Source of the DNA: a bacterium
Lineage (GTDB): Bacteria; UBA8248
DNA: 64,000 bases
Assembly (NCBI GenBank): GCA_965261085.1
Contig: OZ253442.1
Location: 2,144,001-2,208,000, forward strand
Direction of reading: 5' to 3'
The translations under genes and the position numbers were made by a program. Positions 63,417 to 64,000 of the stretch are shown here, one piece after another. Under the pieces are notes generated by a model. It was not told where the DNA came from. It saw nothing but the letters and a program-made list of their open reading frames with translations, and made no database searches. Numbering within the stretch: position 1 is the first letter of the stretch; each line of letters begins with the position of its first letter.

Positions 63417-64000
63417 TCATTTTTTCCCAGTGAGCGCGAGGAGCCTGCTATATGCGGTTGAAGCGTACTGGTCATCAGGATACGACTCCAACAGTGAACG
63501 ATAGGCCTTTCCTGCTTTTTTGAAGCTCTCTTCTATTCTGTAGCTTTCCCCCAGCTTGTACATGGCTTCAGCGCGAACGTAGGGAACATCTTCAAAATCT
63601 CGAATAATTTCTTTGTAGCGCGGAATCGCGGAGACTCGCAGGTTTGTCCTGAAGTAAAAATTCGCGACAAACAAAGCGTTTTTGCCGAGATGTTCCCTTA
63701 GTTCCGATACATTCTCTTTCGCATCGGCTGTGTGTTCCGAGCCGGGGAAACGACGCACGAGGGTTTGGAAGTTTTCGAGCGCGTCTCTCGCAACGGATGC
63801 GTCCTGGTCGATATCGAGATTTCTCTGATAATCGCTCATGGCGAGGAAATAGTACGCTTTCGGTGTTCCGGCGCTCACGGGATAGAGGCGCACGTATTCA
63901 GCGTATTGCAACTTCGATTCGATGTACTCTTCTGCGTGGTAGTATGAATCTCCGAGGCGCAACAGCGCACTTCGGCGGTGTTTGCTGTCGGGGTATTCCT
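63417..64000 (-). CDS. bamD: Outer membrane assembly factor BamD (5' end outside the window)
   Basis: TPR-like helices, Y..LYP, DQ......A...F..L...FP.S, and VA.FY. Confidence 0.8.
   Translation of the reverse strand, partial: EYPDSKHRRSALLRLGDSYYHAEEYIESKLQYAEYVRLYPVSAGTPKAYYFLAMSDYQRNLDIDQDASVARDALENFQTLVRRFPGSEHTADAKENVSELREHLGKNALFVANFYFRTNLRVSAIPRYKEIIRDFEDVPYVRAEAMYKLGESYRIEESFKKAGKAYRSLLESYPDDQYASTAYSRLLALTGKK

Overview
Mostly core-genome DNA from a GC-rich, diderm bacterium (bamD and a GT9 LPS glycosyltransferase are present). A Deltaproteobacteria/Nitrospinota/Tectomicrobia-like origin is only my inference from gene content. Core blocks: tal-gdh-ABC-alkA-dgt; degP; lepA-lepB; rsmA; a TCA operon (icd-mdh-fumAB-sucCD-ndk); uvrA-truA; trpEGDC with a likely Trp leader-peptide attenuator; pheA-hisC-tyrA-cmk-rpsA-ihfB; miaA-aroK-aroC; nadX; ilvE; tRNA-Leu(CAA); plsY-pgsA-sigma70-bamD. 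The most interesting part is 5.4-11.2 kb (minus strand), a glycine/sarcosine/betaine-reductase-like (Grd) cluster that the ORF track splits. Two genes, grdA and grdB, contain in-frame UGA codons at the canonical selenocysteine positions. The cluster is non-canonical: GrdB has UxxGxxS instead of UxxCxxC, the GrdE-like proprotein lacks the pyruvoyl-forming Cys, and there is no grdD or thioredoxin nearby. Upstream are a highly structured ~260-nt non-coding region and a 48-bp motif that recurs in front of the TCA operon. Also present: two copies of a palindromic MITE/REP-like element, and a partial enolase-superfamily gene duplication bracketing a DszA/NtaA-like monooxygenase. All family calls rest on motif recognition by eye; no database searches were run.
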